DNA of 64,000 bases. Origin: a virus. Below are positions 20,833-29,567 of this stretch, in pieces. The stretch lies in the IMG/VR virus record IMGVR_UViG_3300022927_000008, positions 1-64,000 of that record; one strand, 5' to 3'. The notes beneath the pieces were generated by a model. It saw nothing but the letters and a program-made list of their open reading frames with translations. It searched no databases and had not been told where the DNA came from. The position numbers were made by a program, and so were the translations under genes. Each line of letters opens with the position of its first letter. Positions within the stretch are counted from its first letter, which is position 1.

Positions 20833-22482
20833 TCATTTGGTGGCTAAAATATCTGCAACTTTTTGCTTCATACTACTAACAGCAGTAGACCATGACTCTT
20901 CCTGATTATCTACGTTTTGAGGTTGACGACCTATACTAGAAGAATTTAACCATCTACGAATAGCAATGATACGTTCGGCTTCAATATCCTCGTTTTTATT
21001 TTTTTCTGCATTTTGGATGTACTCGGATTTAGCCTTTTTATACCAAGCATCGTGTGTCCATCTTAATACTTCAACTTGGCCTCCTAATCGTCCTTCGGTA
21101 TTGCCTGTAGTATAATAGAGGTTTACATTGACTCCAATGGTTTCGGGTAAACTAATAAAATATTCGGCTTGTTTTACCGCTTCATTAAAAGTCATATCTT
21201 CTTCAATTTCATAACGAGAATCATGTACAAACTTACCACCTTGCTTATCCGTACTCATAGTACGTACTTTAAAGACAAAAACGTGAGGATATTTAGTATA
21301 TGTATCAAGCCCTTGGGTAAAAGTTTGGATTGGTCCTTCTTCTAAATTTTTTTTAACCAAGTCATCCGCAGCATACATTCCTTTACCACCGGGGCCACCT
21401 TTAACAGGGAATACTACTTCTTTACCACCCGCATCTAATCTATTAGATTTCATAAATTTACCGGGGCCCGTAATAGTCATAGGGAGTTTTTCACCCCCTT
21501 TAGCATTTTTAAAGTAAACAGTATCACCCTCTTTAAACTTGAGTTGATCATCGGCATATTTTTGCTTTTCATCAAGTGGCCCCTCTTTTAAATCATACTC
21601 ATTAGCAGCAGCAGAAATTGCATTATAAGCATCAAGAACGTTAGTGCTAGGATTAATATTAACCCCAAACTTATTTGCTTGACTTAAAAGATCCTTATAT
21701 TTCTCATACTTGCCAGGATATTCGGTAAAAAATTGGATAGCATTCCAATCTCCTTTAATACCAGTAGCTTTAGCATAGCCTAAAGAACCTAATGTGCTAG
21801 TATCAAGTTTAAGGGGAATAATAGCTTGGAACATATTTTTAATACCACGCAATGGGTTTCTCTCAGCGTTTGATTCTCCCAAGAAGGCTCCTAAAACGAC
21901 ATCATTCTCATGTAGATCCGTATATCCTTCCACCTCACTCTCTAACCTACTACGTACCTCCCTTATCTTACCAAAGAGAGCATCTTGTTCGTCTCTCCAA
22001 TCCTGTTCGTATTCAATCTCGTCGGCATAATCAAGTTCCTTATCGGTTGGATCGTAGTACCCTTCCTCAAAATTACGATCGGAGCTACCACCGGGTTCAC
22101 TAGCTTTAAAGCCGGCATCCTTGATTTTAGCCATGTGCATGTCCATGTATTCTTTGGCTTTTTTACGCACGCCTAATTTGTCGGCAATGTTGAGGATTTC
22201 GGTGTATAACCGTGTTACATCGTCATTATATTCATCAACTGTGATTCCCATAGAACCCAGTGCTTTGCGCTCTAAATTGAAGAAATTACGGTGTTTTATA
22301 GCGAAGTTCAATACGGTAGGGGCGGTTCTGCTGAATCCCTGGTGGACAATAGCTTGGTTTTGGACCAATTTATGAGCGCTGGGACATATATCGGAGAAGT
22401 TAAATGTTTCACCCATGATGGTGAAATCGGGCATAGTAGTATTCTCGGATAAAAATTTTCTAAAGTTATTTAACTCTTTCAT
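20833..22482 (-). CDS. MKEL-leader protein 6, modular (putative head-internal polyprotein)
   Basis: MKELNNFRKFLSE; internal NFEE/DLKE/PLDE/NLEE junctions; SH3/KOW-like FKEGDTVYFK segment. Confidence 0.7.
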   Translation of the reverse strand: MKELNNFRKFLSENTTMPDFTIMGETFNFSDICPSAHKLVQNQAIVHQGFSRTAPTVLNFAIKHRNFFNLERKALGSMGITVDEYNDDVTRLYTEILNIADKLGVRKKAKEYMDMHMAKIKDAGFKASEPGGSSDRNFEEGYYDPTDKELDYADEIEYEQDWRDEQDALFGKIREVRSRLESEVEGYTDLHENDVVLGAFLGESNAERNPLRGIKNMFQAIIPLKLDTSTLGSLGYAKATGIKGDWNAIQFFTEYPGKYEKYKDLLSQANKFGVNINPSTNVLDAYNAISAAANEYDLKEGPLDEKQKYADDQLKFKEGDTVYFKNAKGGEKLPMTITGPGKFMKSNRLDAGGKEVVFPVKGGPGGKGMYAADDLVKKNLEEGPIQTFTQGLDTYTKYPHVFVFKVRTMSTDKQGGKFVHDSRYEIEEDMTFNEAVKQAEYFISLPETIGVNVNLYYTTGNTEGRLGGQVEVLRWTHDAWYKKAKSEYIQNAEKNKNEDIEAERIIAIRRWLNSSSIGRQPQNVDNQEESWSTAVSSMKQKVADILATK

Positions 22483-22498
22483 GTTGTTTTATATGTTC

Positions 22499-22999
22499 TT
22501 ATTTTATATATGTAAATAAATTCCCATTTTTAATTTCATAAGTATAGGTTTTATTATTTTCTTCATATGAAACTAAACCACCCATTTCTTCAACGGCTTT
22601 TTTTATAACTTCTTCTACAATACGGGCGTTACCTGCAGCTATTAAACCTACTGTAATAGGGTCATTAGGGGTTTTCCCTCTTTGTTTCCTTTTAGTGTCT
22701 TTTTTTAAAGCTACCTCCCAATCATCTAATACCATTTTTGTTACATTAAAGGGAGTGGGGGTGACCATCCATATATTATGTTTTATAGTATCTGTAAGTT
22801 CACGCCATGTTTCTTTATTAGCACCTGCCCCATTCATTGAGTGGCTTAGGTTTTTTGCTATAGATAGGAGTTCTTGTTTTTTAGAGTTTTTTTTAAAAGG
22901 CCCAAAAAATTCTTGAATTGATTCCCTAGCAACTGATCTATTCCTAGTAAACGCTGGGGATTCATTAAGGAACTTTCTAAATGCTTTTAGTTCTTTCAT
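22499..22999 (-). CDS. MKEL-leader protein 5
   Basis: MKELKAFRKFLNE. Confidence 0.75.
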   Translation of the reverse strand: MKELKAFRKFLNESPAFTRNRSVARESIQEFFGPFKKNSKKQELLSIAKNLSHSMNGAGANKETWRELTDTIKHNIWMVTPTPFNVTKMVLDDWEVALKKDTKRKQRGKTPNDPITVGLIAAGNARIVEEVIKKAVEEMGGLVSYEENNKTYTYEIKNGNLFTYIK

Positions 23000-23023
23000 G
23001 TTGTTTTATTTTTCAAGCTTTAT

Positions 23024-23383
23024 TTAACCCCCACTATACCATTTGTCCCTTTTCCACAAAATGTCTTTATACTGAACCAATGGATGATTATAATATTCGT
23101 TAGTTATTCGTTCAAACTCCTTCTTAGCTTCATCACTGTTATGATATCCGACTGTATTGACGAGTAATTCATATTTTTCTTCGGGTGTATTTGGGGATAG
23201 TTTCTCAATTTTGTCCTTATATTTTACCATAATCTCCTCTTTATTCCCTCTATCTAATAGATACCTATGTGACTTCCAAGCATCTAAATCTGCGATAATC
23301 TCTATATCTTTTTCGTTGGTTGCTATTTCTTCGTTGATTTGTTCTTCTGCGAGAAACCGTTTAAATGTATTTAATTCTTTCAT
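23024..23383 (-). CDS. MKEL-leader protein 4
   Basis: MKELNTFKRFLAEEQINEE. Confidence 0.75.
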   Translation of the reverse strand: MKELNTFKRFLAEEQINEEIATNEKDIEIIADLDAWKSHRYLLDRGNKEEIMVKYKDKIEKLSPNTPEEKYELLVNTVGYHNSDEAKKEFERITNEYYNHPLVQYKDILWKRDKWYSGG

Positions 23384-23389
23384 GGTGTT

Positions 23390-23689
23390 TTATGCGTAGT
23401 TGTCTATTCCAAAATCGGCAATGTTGCCTTTAAATAATTCTTGTTCTTCGGGGTCTAACTTTTCAAATGGAACGCTTAACTCCATTGAGTTGTAGTACTC
23501 ATATGAGTCTACATATTTGTCTTTCATATACTGGTCGGCCATTGTTTCTGCCTCCTCATTGCTGTCTGCTGCAACGTAAAGAGTTGCCTCTAATCCCTCC
23601 CTTTCGTCTTGGTATTTGACGCTATAAATGGTTTGGTCCGGAGCAATGTTTTCGGCTAGAAACTTTCTAAAGGCGTTTAATTCTTTCAT
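23390..23689 (-). CDS. MKEL-leader protein 3 (very acidic)
   Basis: MKELNAFRKFLAE. Confidence 0.75.
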   Translation of the reverse strand: MKELNAFRKFLAENIAPDQTIYSVKYQDEREGLEATLYVAADSNEEAETMADQYMKDKYVDSYEYYNSMELSVPFEKLDPEEQELFKGNIADFGIDNYA

Positions 23690-23696
23690 TTTATTA

Positions 23697-24131
23697 TTAT
23701 TTGTATACTTCTACCCCACCTTGAGGGCCTGCTACTAATTTACCATCAACAAACAAAGCCATTCCGTGGTTGGAATCACCATCTGGTTCTGAATCGTTAG
23801 CGGCTGCTTTCAATCCCTCAAAATCTCCAAATGCACCTTCGTTAAAGAAATCTTCTTCTAATTCCTTCACTAATTCTTCCTCACTGTTAGCGGTATAAAC
23901 TTCTAAATCTGAATTGTGCCAAAGTATAGCGTGGTACTTACCTGAAGGGATATCAACTTCATTGTCTAAATCTTCTTCACCGTATGTTATATCCTCAATT
24001 TTAGAAGGTGAAAATACGTATAGGGTTTTGTATCTGTCATCCTCATTAAACTTACCTGCTTTCATTCCTGCAAGGTTTTCGTTGATTTGTCCTTCTGCGA
24101 GGAATTTTCTGAATGTGTGTAATTCTTTCAT
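23697..24131 (-). CDS. MKEL-leader protein 2 (very acidic)
   Basis: MKELHTFRKFLAEGQINE. Confidence 0.75.
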   Translation of the reverse strand: MKELHTFRKFLAEGQINENLAGMKAGKFNEDDRYKTLYVFSPSKIEDITYGEEDLDNEVDIPSGKYHAILWHNSDLEVYTANSEEELVKELEEDFFNEGAFGDFEGLKAAANDSEPDGDSNHGMALFVDGKLVAGPQGGVEVYK

Positions 24132-24135
24132 TTTA

Positions 24136-24723
24136 TTAATAACTTTGGGGATAGTTACCGCTAGTAATCCAAAGTTGGACTACTGTTTCTCCATATTTGT
24201 CTATAAGATCATTAAGGTATTTAACGGCTTCCTCATCGTTATTTAAATCGTAAAGAGGGTTGCCTGGGTTCTCAATGTCTAATTCTTGCTCGTTTACCTC
24301 TTCACCTTCGTTGGTTGGTACTTCAAATGTTTCTCTGGTTTGGGTAAACAAATCATCTCCTTTAACGTAGTAGTTATATGATTGCCCCATTTCCCCGTAA
24401 GAAACTGGTCCTGTTTTCTTAACGGCGTTTTTAATGAGGATTATAGCATCAAGGTCCAATTGTGCTTCTTCTATTTCTTCCTCATCATCTGTACTGTTTC
24501 TAACGGCGTTGAGCTCCTCAACGGCCTCTTGAGTTTGGTTAACTGCGGGGGATGTTCCTTCTTCTGGGAAGAAAGCACCATCCTCCATCATGTCCATTGC
24601 TTTTTGCTGTACTGGGCCTTCACCCATAGCTTCAACGGTATCGAAGAGCTTATCGAGTGACTCTTGACCAAATTCTCCTCTATCTTCTGCGAGGAATTGT
24701 CTAAATCTTTGTAATTCTTTCAT
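24136..24723 (-). CDS. MKEL-leader protein 1 (very acidic)
   Basis: MKELQRFRQFLAE; internal EIEE, TNE, VNE. Confidence 0.75.
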   Translation of the reverse strand: MKELQRFRQFLAEDRGEFGQESLDKLFDTVEAMGEGPVQQKAMDMMEDGAFFPEEGTSPAVNQTQEAVEELNAVRNSTDDEEEIEEAQLDLDAIILIKNAVKKTGPVSYGEMGQSYNYYVKGDDLFTQTRETFEVPTNEGEEVNEQELDIENPGNPLYDLNNDEEAVKYLNDLIDKYGETVVQLWITSGNYPQSY

Positions 24724-24860
24724 TTTTTACAAATTCTGTTTGATGTGTAATTTTCTAATACGTTTGGAAGCCAAGCGTGAATTAAAAGTGCTACACCACA
24801 TGTTGTTGCGCACCACCAATGCTGAAAATAATTCATTTTAGCTTCTTGCAAATGCTTCAT
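24720..24860 (-). CDS. small DUF6356-like protein (46 aa, not in ORF track)
   Basis: MKHLQEAKMNYFQHW..ALLIHAWLPNVLENYTS; stop overlaps next ATG (ATGA). Confidence 0.55.
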   Translation of the reverse strand: MKHLQEAKMNYFQHWWCATTCGVALLIHAWLPNVLENYTSNRICKK

Positions 24861-24864
24861 GATG

Positions 24865-24897
24865 ATAAATATAATAAAGGGAGTGAAGGTATCCAAA
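24865..24897 (-). promoter_or_regulatory. promoter of MKEL operon (TTTGG plus ATATTTAT)
   Basis: sense TTTGG..TTATATTTAT-CATC-ATG, same spacing as the early promoters. Confidence 0.65.
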
Positions 24898-24904
24898 GGA
24901 AATG

Positions 24905-25155
24905 GTGCGGGTCATGATGGGGTCATGGTGGAGAGGTATGAGATATTTGTATATACTTTTGCCCTGGGCCTATAGCTATTTACGCTCTAAAAATCACCCT
25001 ACACTACTATACCGGTATATGGCCCGTCGATGGACATCAGCGCCGGTGGGGTACATGGCCGGTACGTACGGCGTACGCCCGCCCGGGTAGGGCACCCGGC
25101 CATAGCCGGGCACCCACCCATTGATAACCCTCACCACAAAGGTCATCACCCAAAC
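24905..25155. other. GC-rich palindromic non-coding island A
   Basis: six CCGG in about 100 bp; TATACCGGTATA, GGCGTACGCC, CCCGGC-CATA-GCCGGG; ACCC-rich tail. Confidence 0.6.
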
Positions 25156-25159
25156 TTTT

Positions 25160-25900
25160 TTATCCATTCATTGGAGCTTCATAGAGGTAATTCACACGGT
25201 TGTGGAGGTTGAGGTTAAAGAACAACTTGTTCATGTTACCACCACGACGGTTCTTGCTAAAGTACAAATACCGACCACCGGTTTCGCTATCATGCTTCAA
25301 GTGACCCATGGCAGTGGCCATGTGCTTGATCCGGTTTGAACCAGCAAACGAACCACTCTTAGTGACCTGATTGATCATCATGAAACACGTATTCACCTTA
25401 CCCTTATTACGACCAAGGTTATGCTCCTCAAGCAGGTTGAGGATCTTCGTTGTCGCACCCTTAAACGTGCCACCGAACTTATCCTGAACCGCAACTGCAA
25501 CCTCCTGAAGGCTGTCAATCAACACACAATCATAACCGTCTTCGAGGACCGTCTCGAGCACCTGCATCGGACACTCATCAGCGTAATCACCCATAAACAG
25601 GATCGGCAAATCACCGAACTTGGGGAAACGCTTCACGTAACCGACCATGTCGATTGCGTTCATCTCACCTGAAATGAACAGACACTTCTTGCCTGCCTTA
25701 TTCAGATCACCGAGCACATCAAGCAACACGGTGGTTTTTCCAACACCGGGATCACCGGTAATAACAACATTAGTTCCAGGCATGAGACCATTGTCTCCGC
25801 TGAAAAACTCATCGACCTTCCGACCCGTCTTCAACGGATTGAACAGGTTAGCCTCGAAATTCAGGCTATTCATCTTGGTGGTGGTGACTTTAATTGCCAT
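25160..25900 (-). CDS. RadA/Sms-like RecA-superfamily ATPase (core only)
   Basis: Walker A GDPGVGKTT, FISGEM, Walker B LIDSLQ, QVTKSGSFAG..IKH, KNRRG (cf. RadA KNRFG). Confidence 0.8.
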   Translation of the reverse strand: MAIKVTTTKMNSLNFEANLFNPLKTGRKVDEFFSGDNGLMPGTNVVITGDPGVGKTTVLLDVLGDLNKAGKKCLFISGEMNAIDMVGYVKRFPKFGDLPILFMGDYADECPMQVLETVLEDGYDCVLIDSLQEVAVAVQDKFGGTFKGATTKILNLLEEHNLGRNKGKVNTCFMMINQVTKSGSFAGSNRIKHMATAMGHLKHDSETGGRYLYFSKNRRGGNMNKLFFNLNLHNRVNYLYEAPMNG

Positions 25901-25960
25901 TTTGGGTTTGGGTTTTTGGGTTTTTTTACTTTTCTCGTTTCGGCCGTAACCTTACTCCAT

Positions 25961-26014
25961 GAATATACGAACGGTTATCCGCAAATCCACATCCTCGCAT
26001 GACCTCAAGATGAC
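25961..26014 (-). promoter_or_regulatory. early promoter cassette
   Basis: GTCAT-N6-GTCAT, TGTGG, TCGTATATTC. Confidence 0.8.
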
Positions 26015-26265
26015 GCCATCTCGAAGGTCTCGTACTTGTCGATCTTTCCATCCAGCTGGAAATCCAGTGCATTAAGCATAACTGCGTTTTCCCTCATGAT
26101 GCACTGCTCAACTTCCCACTTCAGCATTACAGCATCAAGTTGGGTAAAACGACCATGATCACGCTTATGGGTTTCAATCCACATTTCAAATGCTTTAAAA
26201 TCACCTTTGTGGTAATTGAATGCTGCTTCCTTAATCGTGATGGGGGATTGAACGTTGTTTTCCAT
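26005..26265 (-). CDS. early hypothetical protein
   Basis: ATG right after conserved leader GTTACAGCGACATG. Confidence 0.7.
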   Translation of the reverse strand: MENNVQSPITIKEAAFNYHKGDFKAFEMWIETHKRDHGRFTQLDAVMLKWEVEQCIMRENAVMLNALDFQLDGKIDKYETFEMASS

Positions 26266-26286
26266 GTCGCTGTAACTTTACCCCAT

Positions 26287-26340
26287 GAATATACGAAATG
26301 GGGTCCGGACCCCCAAATTTTCGTATGACTTTGAAATGAC
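26287..26340 (-). promoter_or_regulatory. early promoter cassette with palindromic spacer
   Basis: GGGGTCCGGACCCC (26300-26313) between TTTGG and TCGTATATTC; GTCAT boxes. Confidence 0.85.
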
Positions 26341-26460
26341 GAAAAAAAGATATATCCTTCGATTTATTTAGGTTGGGGCCCCGGGGGAGGGGGTTTTACA
26401 TCAAAACACTCCGTGTTAGATAACACTCCCCCGGTCTGTCACATACCACACATAACCCTT
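26341..26460. other. GC-rich branched inverted-repeat island B
   Basis: CCGGGGGAG (26381-26389)/CTCCCCCGG (26426-26434) enclosing GTTTT/AAAAC and GTGTTA/TAACAC hairpins. Confidence 0.6.
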
Positions 26461-26462
26461 AT

Positions 26463-26720
26463 TCACCCAACATCCTCACTCACCCTTGTGTCACCCTTTA
26501 CCCTTGACATGTCACCCTTGAAATATTCCTCCAAGAACTCCATAGGATACAGATGAACGTTCCCATGATACGCAGGATTGGAGATAAACCGTTGTTTAAA
26601 TTCAATTTTTTTCTCCACGGCGGCTTTACTTACCTCCGCTCCCAATTGTTGTCCAGCTGCTCTACCGAGGTAATCATACAGCGACATGTAGATAGTATCT
26701 TGTTCCATTGTTATATTCAT
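26463..26720 (-). CDS. hypothetical protein
   Basis: MSLYDYLGRAAG..LYP.EFLEEYF; C-terminus encoded by ACCCTT repeats. Confidence 0.65.
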   Translation of the reverse strand: MNITMEQDTIYMSLYDYLGRAAGQQLGAEVSKAAVEKKIEFKQRFISNPAYHGNVHLYPMEFLEEYFKGDMSRVKGDTRVSEDVG

Positions 26721-26795
26721 TTTTGATTTGATTTTAAATTATATTGCTCCATGGTAATATCCAGTATTCCCATATTATAGATTTTATTGATCTAT

Positions 26796-27071
26796 TCATT
26801 TGATTTTATCCGTCCATTCATTATCTGGATCACCCATCTCATTCATATCACCCATCCACTCATCCAGCCGCTGTTGGAATTTACGGTTCCATTTCAGTTC
26901 GAGGAGGATTTCCAGCTGTTGGCTACAGTTTTCATTCACTTCCTCCAAGCGTCTAATATTAGCAGCGTTTCGCTCCCTAGTATCCTTAACACGTTGGATT
27001 TGCTTTTCCAACTCAACGATCTGTTCCTCAAGACCCATCGCCTTGACTTCTTCAATATTAAATTTATTCAT
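26796..27071 (-). CDS. hypothetical coiled-coil protein
   Basis: coupled to upstream ORF. Confidence 0.6.
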   Translation of the reverse strand: MNKFNIEEVKAMGLEEQIVELEKQIQRVKDTRERNAANIRRLEEVNENCSQQLEILLELKWNRKFQQRLDEWMGDMNEMGDPDNEWTDKIK

Positions 27072-27265
27072 ATTGGCAAATTTTGGCTTTCAGCATAACT
27101 CACAATATCACCATCCCAACCCTCAGCAACTTCAGTAAATAGTTGAATCATTTTCTGTCGGTACATTTCATCAATTTCATTACTAGCACCAACGTGAATG
27201 TTCTCCAAACAATCAATGAGATCTTTATAGGTGTTCTCAAACCTGCAATAGCTCATATTAGGCAT
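27068..27265 (-). CDS. small phage protein (MSYCRFENT type)
   Basis: MPNMSYCRFENTYKDLIDC; start moved to ATG 27265. Confidence 0.65.
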   Translation of the reverse strand: MPNMSYCRFENTYKDLIDCLENIHVGASNEIDEMYRQKMIQLFTEVAEGWDGDIVSYAESQNLPI

Positions 27266-27434
27266 TTTCAACAATATTTTCAAGTGTATCGTGTACTCCC
27301 TTCAGTGCACCAAGTGCTTGTCCAAACAAACTATGGAGCAGGAAGTCATCTTCTCTATTATCGTAAGCACTATCCAATTCGGCAACTACCTGCTCGATGT
27401 ACTTAATCTGGTTTTCAATTCTATTTCTATCCAT
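27258..27434 (-). CDS. small hypothetical protein (58 aa, not in ORF track)
   Basis: MDRNRIENQIKYIEQVVAELD..; overlaps next start. Confidence 0.5.
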   Translation of the reverse strand: MDRNRIENQIKYIEQVVAELDSAYDNREDDFLLHSLFGQALGALKGVHDTLENIVENA

Positions 27435-27646
27435 TTTTTACTTGTTTTTTAAATTAACGTACAATCAGATGATACAATATAATAAAAATCATTTTAATAA
27501 GGGTTTTCAATTCCTAAAATTTTACCAAACAACCACATCCATGCCTTAACAATCAGCTTAAATGTAAACGCAAGTAGTTTAAAACCAAAATAAACACTTG
27601 CAAGCATTACTATCAAAACGTGCCAAATCATTCTCTCTCTATTTTC

Positions 27647-28213
27647 TTATTTACACTCAACAACCCAATTCACTCGGCGGTACAACCCCCAATACTTTTC
27701 CTGAGTATTTCCATATAACACACCATCAACAACTGCAACTGCGTGCCTTTCTACAATCACAAAAAACCGTCCTTTAGGATGTGTTTCCATAAATGACTTC
27801 AACGTGTAACCAACTTTCTTGTTCTTGTAACGTGGGTTAGTGATCGTTTTGAATCCTCTAGGTCCCATAATCCACTTCTTATCAGGATGACATCCATAAG
27901 CACTCAGCTTATAACCATTTTTCACCTTACCCAACACATTCACAATATTAATAGCAGTGTAAGTACCGCGCTTAAATTTTCGATTCATATGCTTCTTCAC
28001 CCACCCATGAGCAACATCATAACTAACATCTAGTACAGCCATAAACGCTCTAACTACGCAATCATTGTCCTCTCTTGTGGCCAAGTTGCTTTGACTCACT
28101 GCAATCTTATGGGAGTCTTGGAACTTATTATCCAAAATCATCTCCCGCTCTGCCCACCTAGCTCTCAGGCCCTTACCAACCAACGTTTGGGTTTTGTGTG
28201 TGACTTTCTCCAT
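27647..28213 (-). CDS. putative cysteine-peptidase-like early protein
   Basis: NDCVVRA and HAVAVVDG give a Cys/His pair. Confidence 0.45.
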   Translation of the reverse strand: MEKVTHKTQTLVGKGLRARWAEREMILDNKFQDSHKIAVSQSNLATREDNDCVVRAFMAVLDVSYDVAHGWVKKHMNRKFKRGTYTAINIVNVLGKVKNGYKLSAYGCHPDKKWIMGPRGFKTITNPRYKNKKVGYTLKSFMETHPKGRFFVIVERHAVAVVDGVLYGNTQEKYWGLYRRVNWVVECK

Positions 28214-28224
28214 GATTACTCTAA

Positions 28225-28482
28225 TTAAAGATTAACCGTTGCCATATACTCATTGAGCTTTTCCTTCAAAATGTCGGCAAACTCCAAAACATGCTCACTC
28301 TCACACCCAAAAGTATCTACTTCAAACTTCCGAGTCACTTGGAACATCGTAGTGCTGAAACCGTTGTTCTTAGGATGAACATACCAATAACCGTGTCCCT
28401 CATCATGAGCAATGAATCCTTTGCTGTCAATAAACTCGTGGAACATCCGAGTCACTTCTTGTTTTTTCTGCGTTTTTGTCAT
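28225..28482 (-). CDS. early hypothetical protein
   Basis: directly after promoter leader. Confidence 0.7.
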   Translation of the reverse strand: MTKTQKKQEVTRMFHEFIDSKGFIAHDEGHGYWYVHPKNNGFSTTMFQVTRKFEVDTFGCESEHVLEFADILKEKLNEYMATVNL

Positions 28483-28503
28483 GTCGCTGTAACTTTACTC
28501 CGT

Positions 28504-28557
28504 GAATATACGAAAGGATTCTGGATCCCACAAATTTTTAGATGACGTCAATATTAC
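28504..28557 (-). promoter_or_regulatory. early promoter cassette
   Basis: GTAAT-N6-GTCAT..TTTGTGG..TCGTATATTC. Confidence 0.8.
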
Positions 28558-29063
28558 TCACCGAGCCGTTCCTGGAATTCCCTCTCAATTTGATCTATGA
28601 GGTCTTGGGATTGTTGAACCTCATCATTAACACCTCCAGTACCAAACTCAACCATCGAGGCAATATTCAAACCAAGCTGAAAAACCACATCCTCTCCACC
28701 ACTCAATCCAGCCACATACCTCGAGACCCGAAACGAAGCGCTTCCATATTCCTCCTGAGAGGCATACTTCGTAAAACCAACCAACTCCTCACTTCCAAAG
28801 TAAGACATCCGAACGTAGAGCCGGTTGCTATTCTCATCAATGAAAGTAACACCTCCTCTCCCCTCAATCATCTCCCCCTCATATCCAGGCAGGATTGAAA
28901 TGCTGTTTGCATTGAAGAGACCGATATTACAGGTGTCAGTGTTCAACTCTTCAATGATGCAATCCGCAGTACAGGGGATGTCGTTCTCAACCAGGAACTG
29001 ATCCAGGATCTGTTGGCCTGCTTCAGTGGTCAGGACTTGGGGGGTGTTGTTGTTGTTTTGCAT
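28554..29063 (-). CDS. early acidic hypothetical protein
   Basis: directly after promoter leader. Confidence 0.7.
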   Translation of the reverse strand: MQNNNNTPQVLTTEAGQQILDQFLVENDIPCTADCIIEELNTDTCNIGLFNANSISILPGYEGEMIEGRGGVTFIDENSNRLYVRMSYFGSEELVGFTKYASQEEYGSASFRVSRYVAGLSGGEDVVFQLGLNIASMVEFGTGGVNDEVQQSQDLIDQIEREFQERLGE

Positions 29064-29084
29064 GTCGCTGTAACTTTACTCCAT

Positions 29085-29138
29085 GAATATACGAACCAGG
29101 ATCAGACCTTCCAATCCTTCAAATGACTTTAAGATTAC
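29085..29138 (-). promoter_or_regulatory. early promoter cassette
   Basis: GTAAT-N6-GTCAT..TTGG..TCGTATATTC. Confidence 0.8.
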
Positions 29139-29461
29139 GCCACCGGGTAGGTATCTGGGTGGCACATTCCAAACTCGAGGATTTCCTCATCACTCGCGTT
29201 GCAATAAGCAACTCGATTCTCACTGAATCCCATCATGAACATCTCAAACGCATTCTGCTCGTTCATGCGGAACAACTCCTCAACACGAGTTGTCTTGCTA
29301 CGACTCACAACACCACCAAATGCACTAGGCAACACGTAATCACCACTCAGGTAATAACGACCGTTCTCACTATCCCGGAACACCTCAATGTTAGTAACAT
29401 TGATACCGAGGTTATCACATGCCTCTTGGGTCTTATTGATCAGGTTCTGAAACTTACTCAT
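29135..29461 (-). CDS. early hypothetical protein
   Basis: downstream of cassette at 29514. Confidence 0.7.
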   Translation of the reverse strand: MSKFQNLINKTQEACDNLGINVTNIEVFRDSENGRYYLSGDYVLPSAFGGVVSRSKTTRVEELFRMNEQNAFEMFMMGFSENRVAYCNASDEEILEFGMCHPDTYPVA

Positions 29462-29513
29462 GTTGTTTGGGTTTTGTTTTTTTGTTCTCGCTGCTGCTGC
29501 AACCTTACTCCAT

Positions 29514-29567
29514 GAATATACGAAGGGTTCTCTGCAATCCCAAAATTTAAGATGACGTCAACATGAC
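29514..29567 (-). promoter_or_regulatory. early promoter cassette
   Basis: GTCAT-N6-GTCAT..TTTGG..TCGTATATTC. Confidence 0.8.

Noticed and set aside
24902-25339. Short plus-strand ORFs in the GC-rich island
   Set aside because: Open frames expected from local GC richness; unnatural composition, though a small transcript cannot be excluded.
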